From NCBI GenBank assembly GCA_002104905.1, contig MCFE01000002.1:248001-312000 (forward strand): a stretch of DNA of 64,000 nt. The letters are read 5' to 3'. Below are positions 25,855 to 39,992 of this stretch, piece by piece (within the stretch, counting starts at the first letter, position 1; every line of letters starts with the position of its first letter). This stretch comes from Basidiobolus meristosporus CBS 931.73 (lineage: Eukaryota > Fungi > Basidiobolomycota). Below the pieces are notes generated by a model, which worked only from the letters and a program-made list of their open reading frames with translations, did no database searches and had not been told where the DNA came from. The position numbers and the translations under genes were made by a program.

Positions 25855-26739
25855 ATGAGGACCGAAAAATCGTTCAAGAGACTGCTCAATTCTGAAGTGG
25901 CCCGCCTGATCTACGCCGCCATCTTTCTTATTGTGGTTGCGTACTTCATGACCATGTTCCAGCAACTCTCCGACAGAAGGTGGCTAGATAGTAATACCAA
26001 GAGTCCTTTGAAGGATTTGGGCTTCGAAGCATTCCCATTCCTTTCCACGTTTTCCGTGGCGGATGCGCTGGTCATGTCACTGCTTGGCATCACCTTGGTG
26101 GGTATCACCATAGCCTCCCGTAAGCTTTCCAAGATCATAATCTTTTGGCGTCGGGTGTTTTGGCTGACAGGGCTGCTTTACTTCTATCGCGCCTTCACCA
26201 TCATAACCACCACACTACCCCCAACCAAAGATTGCGAGCCTGTGGTGGCCGATTCGTTTAGCGAGATGATGTTGGTAGGCACCTACATGATCGTAGGTGT
26301 TGACAAGGCATGTACCGATAATATCTATTCGGGGCACACGATGATTGTCACCTCAAGTGTCATGATGTGGAATATCTACACTCGTGTCCCATGGTTCAAG
26401 CTATACGCCCTGTTGCACGCTATAGCGGCAATCTACACCATTATCGCATCTCGACTTCATTTCACTGTGGACGTGCTGCTCTCTCTCTTCATCACGTATG
26501 CGATGTATTGTATATATTTCGGCCTGGTCAGGTCTGCCACACTGCAGAGCTATCGCGAGGCCCTTGGGGAGGTGGAGAGTGAGCGGGATGAGCAGTATCA
26601 AAGTATTGCCTACACCCCGCACATCCTAAATCGGCATCTGATCCGAATTGTACGCTGGATGGACGGTATCGACCTAAGAGTGCACGCCAAGGCCAATGAG
26701 ATGGCCCTGCCAACTACCACTAGCATGTCACAGATCTGA
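25855..26739 (+). CDS. Sphingomyelin-synthase-family (PAP2_C) lipid phosphotransferase, intronless, ~6 TM
   Basis: PLKDLGFE; RAFTIITTTLP; CTDNIYSGHT and SRLHFTVDV carry the SMS-family His/His/Asp catalytic motifs. Confidence 0.85.
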   Translation: MRTEKSFKRLLNSEVARLIYAAIFLIVVAYFMTMFQQLSDRRWLDSNTKSPLKDLGFEAFPFLSTFSVADALVMSLLGITLVGITIASRKLSKIIIFWRRVFWLTGLLYFYRAFTIITTTLPPTKDCEPVVADSFSEMMLVGTYMIVGVDKACTDNIYSGHTMIVTSSVMMWNIYTRVPWFKLYALLHAIAAIYTIIASRLHFTVDVLLSLFITYAMYCIYFGLVRSATLQSYREALGEVESERDEQYQSIAYTPHILNRHLIRIVRWMDGIDLRVHAKANEMALPTTTSMSQI

Positions 26740-26881
26740 GGATTGCTTTGCAAGAACATAATGACCGAATCTATAGAGCACTGCTTATTAGCTAATCAAC
26801 ATTGCATTCATAAGATACCGATAATAAAAGCATCGTTTTTGAACCACCTCGGGGTTTATTAGTTGTGTTTGGCTGAGGCGA

Positions 26882-27938
26882 TCACTCTGTTGCCACGGTA
26901 TCACGCAGATCACTGAACAGCTTCATGGTGTTGCGCAGTCCAAACAGATACTGCTCGTCCGGCCCTGCGCCAACTGACCACCTGGAGTGAGCAAAATCGA
27001 TCACTCGGAAATCGAGAGAATGGCCACCTTCATCATCGCTTTCATCCTCCTCTTCCTTCTCCTTTTCCACCGGGCTCTCTCCTAAGGGATCCCCTTCGTA
27101 AATGAACAACACTGAGGCGGAGTACATACGCAGCTCCGATTTCTCCACCACACTCAGGTACTCGTTCATCTCCTCAAGGAATCCTTCGATGATGCTCAAT
27201 CGATACTTGCGGTCCAATGTTGGCGGGAAAAATTTGCATATGGCGTCGAATAGTGTGTCATCCTTCAGCTTTCTACCAAACTCTCTGGGGTATACGGTAT
27301 ATGCCTTTGTGTCTCTATCGAAAACCTATAGGGACGCCTCGCAAATAAGTTCCTTGGGCAAGTTGGGGCTTTTTCCTGCGCGACACTACCTTGAGTCCGC
27401 ACACTCTAACTCCTAAGCTGGCGGAGGTGGTTCCCTCGGCCTTGGCAATCATGCGAGCTCTCTTCTCGGGCGTGGCATCATCGTCATAGAGGCGTGTTCC
27501 AAGCTTGATGTCCAGAATACTGGGCTTTCGGAACCCGTGTGAAACATCCTCAATGCATATACAGAGTATGGCACCTAAGTTAAGGAATCAAAGGGCAATA
27601 GTTCGAGCGAGCAGAACCGGATGAAGCTAACAAAGGATATCTTGTTCCGGGTTGGGAACGTCCGTTGGGTTCTGGATGATGGTCTCGGCATCATCGGTGT
27701 TCTCAAGCATGGCCTTCTCCGAAGGGGTAGCTAAACGTAGGGTGCCGTAGAATCTTGGAAGAAAATTCTGGAATTCGGGAAAAGAGGCGCTTTGCTCATA
27801 AAAGGCGTACTCCATCTCGCAACAGGGCTTAGCTATCATCCCATTAGCAAGGGAGTAGACTCCACCGTGGCCTGCTACCTGATGCTCAAAAGCACGGGCT
27901 TCAGCGGTAGGTAGGTTGGTAGTCACTTGGGCGGACAT
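26882..27938 (-). CDS. Inositol polyphosphate kinase (IPK/IPMK/Kcs1 family), multi-exon
   Basis: FEHQVAGH; EYAFYE; FLPRFYGT; KPSILDIKLGTRLYDDDA; RMYSASVLFIYEGD; RVIDFAHS; YLFGL. Confidence 0.9.
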
Positions 27939-28251
27939 TCGATTTGGTTAGAGATAGTGAGCAATCTGCGGTAGTTGGTCGTCCACCTCAATAAACCTGC
28001 ACACTTGCACTATCATAGGGAAAATTGATTGGTAACAATTTTTTTACTGTTGATTAAGGATTCAGCCACTAAGTCGGACATGAATATGATAAGGAGGTGA
28101 GAGACCAGGATGCGTGGTGAGCATGGGTTTGCTGATATATGGAGGGGGCCTAGGAATACGTTCATATCTACTCGAGTGGTGAAACCCAGGTTCATAGTTG
28201 TATACATATTTACAAAGAAGTGAAATTTGCAAGCGTCAAGGGCTAGCAAGA

Positions 28252-29607
28252 TTAGTTCGTGAGTTCGACACCACGGTCCTGTAGCTGCTCACCGACTTCT
28301 TCAGTGTCAACAACCAAAGCAACCAGCACACTGATGTCATCGATTTTCCCTCCTTGGTAATAGAATCCCTCTTGCATTGCTCTATCCTGGAACGGGCTAG
28401 GGAAGGTGGAGTCCTCGCTAACGATTTTGGCCTGTTTCGCAAGAGCATCGCTAATCTTCTGCGGGTTGGTGTTAACTAATGAGCCCGATGTGCTGCGTAG
28501 AACAATATCAAGAATATCTTCGTCCGATAGGTTGTCGTAGATACCATCGCTTCCTAATATCACAATATCTCCTTTCTGAACTTTGACCGTGAATGCTTGA
28601 GCATCTGATGGCTGGTCTAAAGAGCCGGTTCCCAATTGATATGGATAATTGAAGCAATGTTGCTGCTCCTCGGTGCGGAATACAAAATCTCCCTGGCGGA
28701 TGACTGACACACCACAGTCCCCAAGGTTTGCTATACGTAGCTCATCATCTCGCAACACCACAATGCATGCTGTGCTAGAGCCAAGGATCCCCTACAAACA
28801 CGCACCTATCGGTCAATATAACCAGTATTGTAGCCGCATTGATTCAATATTCAACCTACCTCCTTGGTCACGTCACGATTTAATAGCTCATAGCTCTTTT
28901 CCAGGATCTTAGTGGGGCTTACATCGTAGTAGTTGAAAAAAAGTTCGTCTTCAATGCTATCATACTTTTCAAGCTCCAGATATGCGTAGTGCATTAGCTT
29001 TCTCGAGAAGAGGGCAGGGTTAGCGCCTATACAGGATAGAGAGAAGGCGTTAAGACGAGGGCTATTCCAAGGGGGTGGTCTTTTTCGTTCAATTACCTTT
29101 CTTGCCTTTCCAACCCCCAACTCCATCGGCCACGCCCAAAGCGTCATGTCTACTGAAATACGAATCTTCGCCACAACCAACACTATAGTAATTCGGATTA
29201 TCCGACTCCACTGCGCCAGGGTTTTTGGGGATCCCTGAGGCGCCGTGAGTGAAGGTGTAAGAATGTTTGTTCACGGGGACCGATTTATCACTAAGACTGA
29301 ACAAAGCTTCCTTGTTATCTGACCAAGGATCAGACGGGTCAAATGGGAAACTTCGTAGAATAGAATGTGTAGGTAAGGCATGTATTGAGCGATCTTCATT
29401 TAAATCATATGGTTGAGGATAGTGACGTAAGCGAGGGACAACAGAGAAAACAGAAGCACGAGAAACGGTGTGGGGTGTCTTTGGTAGATAGGCGTGGGTT
29501 GAGGTTATGACCTTGGACGTCCTAAGGGAAGCGACATTGCCAGGTACGATTCTGAGATTACGGGCCTGAATTCTTACAGCATTAGTTAGCTTGGAAGCGC
29601 TTGCCAT
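28252..29607 (-). CDS. PTC7: PP2C-family phosphatase PTC7-like (mitochondrial presequence), multi-exon
   Basis: CGEDSYF, LGVADGVGGW, ANLGDCG, EQQHCFNYPYQLG, LGSDGIYDNL and GGKIDDISVLV. Confidence 0.9.
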
Positions 29608-30206
29608 GACGAAAAGCAGTTACAGTGGGCTGTCTAGTTTACAGAGTTTGTGAAAAACCAAGGCGGGATTTAAATATGCACTTTAACTTAGTAGAATATA
29701 CTTAAGGAAGATATGCTTGGTGGAAAGGAGAAGGGGAGAAAAGTAGACAGCAAAGGTTAGGTGGGTTAGCCTTTTGAACTTTATCCAATTTATTAGGCTT
29801 CATTAAACAGTTGAAAGTGGATAAAACAACGAATGCTCGGGTGAAAACGTAGGCTGATCAGAACAATTGCGGATGAATGGCCAATAGAATTTCGATCGTA
29901 TCCTGTGAATGCGGTATTATAAGCATGCGAGTGGATGTATATGCTGTTGGAATCTGTTGGACGATGATAATATATGGTAGATGGAGCCCCGGATCTGAGT
30001 AATTTGATTGAACCTACTGATCCACAAGCATTCCCTGTCTCTATTCACCACCATTGCATTGTCCCACCACCAATGATTGTTGATTATCCTAGGCTCAATT
30101 GTAAACGGGGAGGCTTTGAGGGTTCTCCTCCAATGCAACAATAGTCTGTTCAATCGAGCTTTTATTAGCATTAGGAGCAAGATGAAATATGCGTTCTATG
30201 GATAAT

Positions 30207-32526
30207 CTATGTGCCGAGCTTCTTAGGAATACCAATACATGACCGTGGTGCCTGAAGCTCGTCACCATATTGGTTCAATGCCCAAAGGGTCACTCCGTTA
30301 GTCCAGCCAAAGCCGTCTTGAACTGTGTATTCGCCACCACCACCTGGAAGGCCGGGCCTCGTTGCATCGTATTTTTCGAACAATTTGCCACTTTCAGTCA
30401 CGTTCCGCATCTTTGTCAGTATTCCGGGGATCTCTCCGCCAGTTAGTCGCCAACCACAATAGGTAGAGTTGATAAGGATCTGAGCAATCGTGACTGCCAA
30501 TTGGTGGAGCCTTTCTCGAAGCTGTCTGAACACTATTCGTCTTTCGACTTCAGTTATGGCCTTGAGAACCACAAATACAAGAGGTGGCTGGGAACGAAGT
30601 GTCGTAAGCAGGATATCTTAAGGGGGGTGGATGTATATTAAAGCTCACATTACCCATGAATTTGGGAAATCCCACTGCAGCGTGCTGGCGGTCATTGTGA
30701 TGGGAATCCCGCCTGGATACTCCTCGCCATAATCTTCTATAGCTTCGAAGGTTTTGATTATGTCTCCTGGTCGCTGGAAAAAGTCGTCAGGGAAAATCCC
30801 AGCCCTAAATCCCATGCACATAAGCGTCAATTCGTCGCAGAAGATCAGTAAACAGTATACCAGAAAGGCCAGTAGTTGGCTGGAGTGAGGCTTTTTTCAA
30901 TCGCGCGGCTTGTAAGATTGTAATCGTAGAAGACACGGTCCTTCTCGTCCCACAGGAGATTAATGATCGAACGGCGGCGTTTGCGAGCAGCATCCCGATA
31001 ATAGTTCTCCAGATTTTGCTTGCTTCCAGCTGACCTCTGAGTAACCAGGATCCGGTGAAAATCAGACAGTGCTTGCTCATTCATGTACATGATTGAGTTG
31101 AGGTCCACCGGGACCACCATTCGGGTGTTCAAAGTACGCAGTATTTCTTCAGGTGTTTCATCACCTTTGGGTATCAGGGTTACAAACCGCGTACTATAAT
31201 CCCAGCCTAACAGCAGGTGTCAGCGTTCAATCGACTGAGGACAGCATCACTTGAAATTACCAGTTTCGGCACCGGTGGCAATGTCAGCGTAAAGCTCTTT
31301 CTGTTTGGACACGTTGAAGCCTGCATATTCGACGGTGATAATATCCTCATGGTACGATTCTGGCCGGGGATATTTGTTGTCAACGCTGTATCGCGTCAGT
31401 TCGTGATTTCTTCCATGGTGATCCTGAATCTTGACCGAGTGTTTGGATCTCCAGTAATTGTATTCCCTGTCCAACGTAGGAAGAGCCCGTTTTAGCAGGT
31501 CCATGTCCTTAGTTTTGTCCATGTATATCTTGACCATTTGCGTTAGCAGAGGCGGTTGAGACCGGTTAAGATAATAAACACGAGCACCATTAGCTATACT
31601 CGAAAGGTTCGTAAGCAATGGTCGAAGATTCCACCCGCGACCTACTTACGCATGAAGCCGTACTCATCCACGATGTCTAGGAAATTGAGAATCATGTCCT
31701 TGGAGATGGTGTTTAGTTCCCCGAGAAGTAAGCCTTCCAGCACGAAATATGTATCCTAGACAATTGGGTAGATAAGAAAACACATCCAGGAGGATCCGGC
31801 AATTCCAGTTACCCTGCATAGAGATGGATAAGTCGGTCAGTTACCAAGCAGAGGATGAAGGTCATGAGCAAATACCAATAGTAGATCTCCTTGAATCTTC
31901 CACCAGGAATGATAAAGGGCCTAGAGACCTGGATCAGTGATGTAGCACAGCCTTCGCACGGCAGCGTTTGAGGCATAGTCCGGGTGAGGGTTTTCCAGAA
32001 TGAATGCACGTAGCTAGCAAACCCTCGAAGATACTGATCCTTGATATGTTGAAGAAATGTTGGATTTGGATTGAAATCAGGAAGCTCTGCGGCCTGCAGA
32101 TCATTCTCATTGTTGACAAAATTCTCCTCCACGAATTTTTTCAACGTCTTTCGGGTTGCATTTCTCGGTAATTTGAAAAAAGCAGTTAGCACTTCGTTTA
32201 CCGGTCGTTTTGTACCCTGCATGGGATAAACACTTAGCCAGGGAACTTTAGAGTCGACTAAGCGCATGTAGACATACTCGGTCAACAAATGTCTTCGAGT
32301 CGTCAAACAGTTTCGCTCTTTGGATTTTGTCTAGAAATGGACCGGGACAGTAAATAGGCGAGTCACAACTTTTGACATCGTCGTCTTTCAGCTCATCATC
32401 CGAGGCGGATGTCATGGTCGGTTGTCCAGTGGATTGTAGCCCATTTGTTCGAATCTCTTGACCAAGAACCGTCAGATACTTGCCGCTTACCAACCCTAAG
32501 TATAGGAAGAGTTTAATATGCTTCAT
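30207..32526 (-). CDS. Alpha,alpha-trehalase, glycoside hydrolase family 37, with predicted signal peptide; multi-exon
   Basis: [15 protein letters not shown] hydrophobic start; [10 protein letters not shown]; [10 protein letters not shown]; [13 protein letters not shown]; [11 protein letters not shown]; PRPESY; VPVDLNS; [11 protein letters not shown]; FEKYD; [10 protein letters not shown]. Confidence 0.93.
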
Positions 32527-32988
32527 TCCCTACCCTGTACGACTGAACTATTGCCACTTGCTCTGTCGAAGTCAGGAGCGAGGCGAAGAAATGATCCCGC
32601 TACCTACTTTATTAGAACCTGGACATGGCTGACAGCATACTGTTTCATGCTGATAGTACGTTTCATTGGAGCTGTTACGCTTATTTCCAAGATATCACCA
32701 TCTGGGTCATCAATGAAACCCAGCCACGAATCTTGATGACATCACTGACACATCCAGTAAATGATTTTGAAACAACTCAGAAATGGATGATTGTTTAATG
32801 GTTTTTAGGGAGTTTTCACAAGACTCTGTGGTGTGTGCTGAGCAGTGTCAATGTATTGCGTTCAGCGCTGTGTTGTTCTCTCTGGCAGATAATGCTGGGT
32901 AATTAATGATCCGGAAAACACGTATAGTACATGATATGCTTCATAGCACAAGTGGGTATAAATCTAAATCTAAATCTAAATATCATTC

Positions 32989-34623
32989 TTATTTTTCTCC
33001 TACTCGTTCCTCCTTCAGCTTGTCATCAAGGTCGTCGTAGTGCCTGAACATAAGCCAGAAACCAATGCCAAACAAAAAGCATACGATGGCTATAGAGGCA
33101 TAGTTCCATGTGAGGTAAGGATCTTTGGAAACGGGAGAGAGGAAGATACATATCAACGCAGCTGCGGCATTAGGTAGTAATGAGAAGGCCGATACGAGAC
33201 CCTTTAAGGAGTCGGGTGCATGTGTGTACGAATACTCAATGGCAGTAATACTGGCGAAGATCTCCGAAATAGCGATCAGGATGTAAGCGGGGATTTGCAA
33301 CCAAACAGAAACCTTAGGCAGGCCAAGATCCTGGCGTCTGTATATCTCATTCTGGACCAAAGCAGAAGACATCATCGCAAGCGCGCCAAATATGAACCCA
33401 AGGGTGATACGTGCCATCGGACGGGGATTCATTCTTATCCGGCGAAGGAAAGGATAGACAAAAGTATCCATGATTGGAATGAAGATGATCAGAGCAATTG
33501 GGTCGATGTTATTAATGAGGTCGTCGGTAATGTGTGGAGGAAGATTCATATCCGCTGCTTGTGAGATCAAATTAGAGGTGATTTGATTGTACGAGACTTG
33601 ATATATGGTGATCGGAATGTAAATCTTGCATGCCATAAGGCACTGCTTCAAATCAGTGATGAACTGATCATCCCACGTTCTGGAAGCAAGTTCAGAGTCA
33701 GTCTCTGGAGATGCCTCTTCGTAGGTAGACAGACCAGCATCGAGAATGGACGCCGGTTTAACTTTGGCCTTTGAATAGCGTTTCCTACTGTATGTAAAGC
33801 ACTTGATGGCCTTCAACAGAGTAGACTCCCGGCTGGGTGGGACTTTCACATAGCGGCCGCGACCAAGGTAGAAAACAGATATAGCCATAGCAAACATCAC
33901 AGTGGGGACCAAGTAGGCTAGCCAGAACCCAATATGAGACTCCAGCTGCGGAGTGATGATACCACCGACTAAGGAACCAACATTAATTGCCCAGTAGAAC
34001 CAATTGTACAGATGCTGGGTATTCAACGCAGGATCAGCGACCACGCGCTCGCCTTTGATGACACGGACCTCGAGGTTCTTCTGTGTGTACTGATCAGCGG
34101 CCATAGGTGAAACAAGGGGCTTAATGCCGCCTGTGCCTAGGCCTATAACAATTAACGATACTATGTAGCCAGGATAGCCAGCCCCGGCTGCAAGTGAAGG
34201 AGGAATAGCTGTCAAGGTTAAGATCAACCACCCTATCATGTAGATGGAACAGAAAATCAAGATTGTCTTGAATTTCCCAAGATACTGGTCGGAAATGACA
34301 GCGCCAAATAGCGGTGTGAAATAACAGAAGAACGTGAAAAACTGTTTCCAAGCATTTGAGGTAGCCTGCCCCTTGTCAAGAGCGCCCGCCTGATCTGGAT
34401 TGCCGGCGGGGAACTGGACGTAATTTGTAAACGGCGCCGAGCCCCCGTAATACGCGAACCGCTCACAAAACTCGGTAACGATAATAAGCCAAGCGGCGGT
34501 GGGGATCCTATCGGCAACTCTCCTCAATTTACTGATATCCTCCTCCAAGTGAGCGCAACTGTCTATCGCGTCCTTGTCAAGCTCATCACTGGCATAGTTG
34601 GAGTTGATATCCTTTTTAGACAT
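32989..34623 (-). CDS. PTR2: POT/PTR2-family proton-dependent oligopeptide transporter, intronless
   Basis: EFCERFAYYG (ExxER motif); GLGTGGIKP; WFYWAINVGS; EYSYTHAPDSLKG; about 12 TM segments. Confidence 0.95.
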   Translation of the reverse strand: MSKKDINSNYASDELDKDAIDSCAHLEEDISKLRRVADRIPTAAWLIIVTEFCERFAYYGGSAPFTNYVQFPAGNPDQAGALDKGQATSNAWKQFFTFFCYFTPLFGAVISDQYLGKFKTILIFCSIYMIGWLILTLTAIPPSLAAGAGYPGYIVSLIVIGLGTGGIKPLVSPMAADQYTQKNLEVRVIKGERVVADPALNTQHLYNWFYWAINVGSLVGGIITPQLESHIGFWLAYLVPTVMFAMAISVFYLGRGRYVKVPPSRESTLLKAIKCFTYSRKRYSKAKVKPASILDAGLSTYEEASPETDSELASRTWDDQFITDLKQCLMACKIYIPITIYQVSYNQITSNLISQAADMNLPPHITDDLINNIDPIALIIFIPIMDTFVYPFLRRIRMNPRPMARITLGFIFGALAMMSSALVQNEIYRRQDLGLPKVSVWLQIPAYILIAISEIFASITAIEYSYTHAPDSLKGLVSAFSLLPNAAAALICIFLSPVSKDPYLTWNYASIAIVCFLFGIGFWLMFRHYDDLDDKLKEERVGEK

Positions 34624-35429
34624 GACAAGGTTGGTACTTCACAATGAAACGTAGGTTGGCAGATAGAAGGATGAGAATGAATAAATGGAAAAATGCCAAC
34701 TGTACTTCGAGCTGAATTTAGTTCCATGCCTGACTCGCCCACATATATATAACCCCTTCGGTTAATTTACCGGTAGATGCGCCGCTAACTATTTAGGAAA
34801 CCACCGCTACGATCTACCTTGCGGACTCCATCAATTACAACAGTGGATTCATTGCTCGCTCGAGACGATTTGAGACGATCCGCTCATCTTTCAATACGCC
34901 CTGCACTTTATGCGGCCGTGGCTCGGTGGTATCCAAAGACTTCTTACACACAACAGACAACACCTCTGTGCCGTATGTATTCCACACACACCCTTTGGAT
35001 CGATATCTCTAGTATTTTTTCTAGGATTCCTGCGAGCCATTCAGGTCTTATGATACCATATACAACTACCAAATCGGTTTTTTTTCAACAACCTATACGC
35101 TCTTACCTTGAGCCTCGGTAAAACTTCCTCCGAAGTTTGTGGTCTGTAGGTTTTGGGTTATGAGCAATACTCTTTAAGGATGATGCATCAGGTCACAATA
35201 TTTCCATTCGAGGGAATTTAGCAAAAATGTAGCCATGGTCCGTACTGCACCATCGCCATAACCCGGAGATATTCCTGTCACGAGCTAAGGAAGAAGATAC
35301 TATAGATGGGAAATGAGTTCTTCTACCACCCTTCCTTAGAACCCTTGTATGGTCCCAGCATGCATCTCAACCCGCAAAGATACGCTGATGTCCTAAGGAG
35401 CGGATGGTGACATTACCATACTATTTATA

Positions 35430-36153
35430 CTTGGTAGCCTTGATTAGTCAATCCTCATCTTTGATGATCCAGGCAAGTCATCTAGGTGCACTGTTTCCAA
35501 TTAAGAGCTCGACATCATCAATTCGAGTACCGATTGGGGAACTGGACCAAGGTTATGGAAAATAGCCTTCTCCCAATAGATGTCGAGATGCAATCTTCGC
35601 CAATAGAAGTTGCTGCGAAGCTATTGGATGTAAGCTTTTAAGCATCAATGGATTTGGGAATTTGTTAAGCATCGAATGTGCTCTAGTCGAGGTTGCGAGT
35701 TACAATGTTTACCTCCAAGCTCTGGCTCTGTATGAGCACGTCAATCAGTTTTTGACAGGTTGGGAGTACGTCGCTCTGTAGTCCTCGATACGAATTGGTG
35801 TCACGGTAAACCTTGATTGTCGCTATGCCCCATTTACCTGGTCATTCCCAACCATTCAGCCATCACACAATCAAATCATTCGTCTCCCCTGGGATTATGA
35901 ATTCACAGACAGGGATAGACTCGGCATCTGGTTCTACAAAGGGCCATATTTGGTATTTCTATCACTATCACAACCATATATCAGGTATCCAATTGGAAAT
36001 TTCTCTCGCATAACGTCAGAGAACGGTTGAATCCACGGCCTTCGTATTCGCCACCCATCCAACGCTCCTATGGCATACCTCCAAGCACAGCGTACATTCT
36101 TGGGTTGAAACAAATACCGTGGAATTGTTCATCTGCCCCATGGCGAGATTCAT
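35430..36153 (-). CDS. Possible spliced hypothetical gene; structure unresolved
   Basis: Coding-like segments bounded by splice-like sites: MNLAMGQMNNSTVFVSTQECTLCLE|GTATGC; CCAG|KWGIATIKVYRDTNSYRGLQSDVLPTCQKLIDVLIQSQSLE|GTAAAC; ATAG|LRSNFYWRRLHLDIYWEKAIFHNLG. I could not join them into one certain model. Confidence 0.25.
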
Positions 36154-36425
36154 AATGTACATTCAATCCTCTCGATTGATAAATAATCTCCGTCTAAACC
36201 ATGCCCATTAGTTACAGAGGCATCAAACAGACGTCGATGGTGATTATTTGTTGACGCGATAGAGGCTGCATATCGCATGCACCTATATAACGCTGCTATT
36301 GCTCGTTACGAATGAACCCACCGCTAACTCCCATTAATCACTAACGAGCTTCCGCCTCTTTTGTAAATTCATTTTTGGATTCTATGCTCTGTATTGTTGG
36401 CTATTGTTTCCTTGGGGAATCGGAG

Positions 36426-36851
36426 ATGCCGCTAAAGAAAGAACATCACGTGAAGTTCTCTGAAATAAACCCATTTGACCACCGAATACTGGGCGTGGTC
36501 AGCCTGAATGGAGACTACCAGGTTCCCAAGAACGTAGGTTCGAAAGTACACCATCTTAAGGATGGCACACGGATGTGCGTGTTGGTGAAATCCGGTAAGG
36601 ACCAATTTGTCGGCTACCAGGAGCAGGATCCATTCCGGAGTCTGGTGAGATTCCCTATGGGATTGTGCAGGACCGATCCTAACTGGCTGGCTAAAAAATG
36701 GGCCCAGATATCACAGGACTCCGGCTACGAGGAAGACTATTCCTCCGCGAACACTGCTAGCGACCAATACAAATTGAACACAATGAATTATCCCACTTCC
36801 CCTCCGTCCGAAGACAACGCCCACTTTACGCAGGTCGATTTGACCGCATAG
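36426..36851 (+). CDS. Hypothetical 141-aa protein
   Basis: ATG-initiated ORF MPLKKEHHVKFSEINPFDHRILGVV...; TATATAA upstream near 36283; no family recognised. Confidence 0.5.
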   Translation: MPLKKEHHVKFSEINPFDHRILGVVSLNGDYQVPKNVGSKVHHLKDGTRMCVLVKSGKDQFVGYQEQDPFRSLVRFPMGLCRTDPNWLAKKWAQISQDSGYEEDYSSANTASDQYKLNTMNYPTSPPSEDNAHFTQVDLTA

Positions 36852-36967
36852 ACATTCGATAACCATGATAGAAATTTGGAAATACCTTTACCGACTATGT
36901 ACGTATCTAACATAATAAATATTGCCCCAAGACTCACAGGTAATGGTGTTTATTGTATATTGTACAG

Positions 36968-38304
<1,337 letters not shown>

Positions 38305-38651
38305 ACTTTGAATGGGAGTGAGCTGTTGGAAAGTTTCTGAGCCTGCTTCTTCAACTATAAATCCGCCTTTTCCCCGTGGGAAAAACGTCTCATATGTACA
38401 CTAGTATTACTAACATCCGCCAATGAGCTTCCTGGAGGGATGGCATTCTTCGCTAAGCCATTAATTTCCGCGGAACGTGGGAAAATGGGCCTTGGATGAG
38501 TAGAGGATTTAATCACACTGCTAACATCTTGCCCAAAGTTGATAAAATGAGCATAAGATTGTCAATGACGTCATGAGGATCAGGCTTTTAATGTCTATAA
38601 CAAAGCGAGCCTTCTGTTGTACACACCAGCTTACTCCGTTAGTGACTAATA

Positions 38652-39116
38652 ATGTATTATCCTTGCGAAACTCCCATTCCTGAAGACCGCGCCAAGGTTG
38701 TAGAGATCTATGGTTCCTCTATTTCTGGAAACATGCAGGTTTGTCATCAAGTTCCCCAAGTTTTTCTCCCCGTCGAATACTAAATCAACCGTTATCTGGG
38801 CTAGATTAAAGACAGACAACAGCGACTTGAGAGTATCTTAAACTCTCGCAAGATCCCCTTTGAATTCGTGGACATTGCTGCCGATGAAAAAGCCAGAAAC
38901 TACATGAAACGTAAGAACCTGAATAAGACTACCGAGTTGCCACAAATCTTTGTGGATGGAGAGTTTCGTGGGGTAGGCCCTTTACTTCTATACAGGTCGT
39001 TCTGCTCGTTTGCAGGGTACTCACATAGCTTTTGTATCGCCCCAACTTAGATATTCCAAGACTTTGAAGAGGCACACGAAGCTGAACAATTGAACAAGTT
39101 TCTTTACGATGAATAA
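38652..39116 (+). CDS. SH3BGR-like glutaredoxin-fold protein, 3 exons
   Basis: VVEIYGSSISGNMQ|IKDRQQRLESILNSRKIPFEFVDIAADEKARNYMKRKN...LPQIFVDGEFRG|IFQDFEEAHEAEQLNKFL. Confidence 0.85.
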
Positions 39117-39992
39117 AGTTGGGAGGGAAACCGCGCTATTGTCGCCATTTCCACCATTTCGAGAACTATGTTCATTAGGTAATCTCAATGTCGTATTTTC
39201 TATGGACAGACAATGTACTACTCCACCAATTGAGAAGGTACAGCAGATCAAGCCATTACAGACGTTATTGTGGTATGAACATTTAGAATGGTGCCATGAC
39301 TCATCCTACGAGAAGTTGCTTAGCTGCTGATGTCGTAGAGAATGCATGTACAAAATGACCAAGCCCTATTACGGGTTTGTGGCTTGTTGTTCGGCATCTT
39401 TACCAACTTTGATCACCATTCACTCTAAGCTGTCCATACCGGCACTAAATCATTTTAGCACTACTCGAGCGCGCCCAGCTATTTATGACGCTTGCCCCAC
39501 CTAGATGCCACCATTTCCGCATATTTCAACGGAAAATCAGCATGATTAGCAGGAAAATATTGATACATGCCACGTTTCAGGGGCTGAAACCCAACATGAA
39601 CTAATGTATGATTGCAACGTCTACCTAGGGCGATCAGGAAATAAACTATATCATCTATGCACAGGATGATCCATACATTGCACTGCCTGTCAATATATCG
39701 CGCATTGCATAGAGTTGACAATTTCACATGTGTTGGTGGTCAAAGGCAGTTGGAGGAACAGATCAGATGTCTAATACTAGAACTTCCGAAGTGCCGCGTT
39801 GTTTCGTGAAAATAAAGTTGATTCATTTGCATCGAAACTGTTAGTGAAAAACACCTAAACCTCCGAATGGTCCACATGAACACAAACAAACGAAGCTGTA
39901 CCCACATAAATATTCGCCTTCTGAGCGATGAATCTGTACTTTATCTTCTCTGTCCTCAGTGTATCCGAATCTCACATCAACATACTATTTCC

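Noticed and set aside
32957-32982. (TAAATC)3 near the PTR2 3' end
   Set aside because: Short microsatellite; not the TTAGGG telomeric unit.
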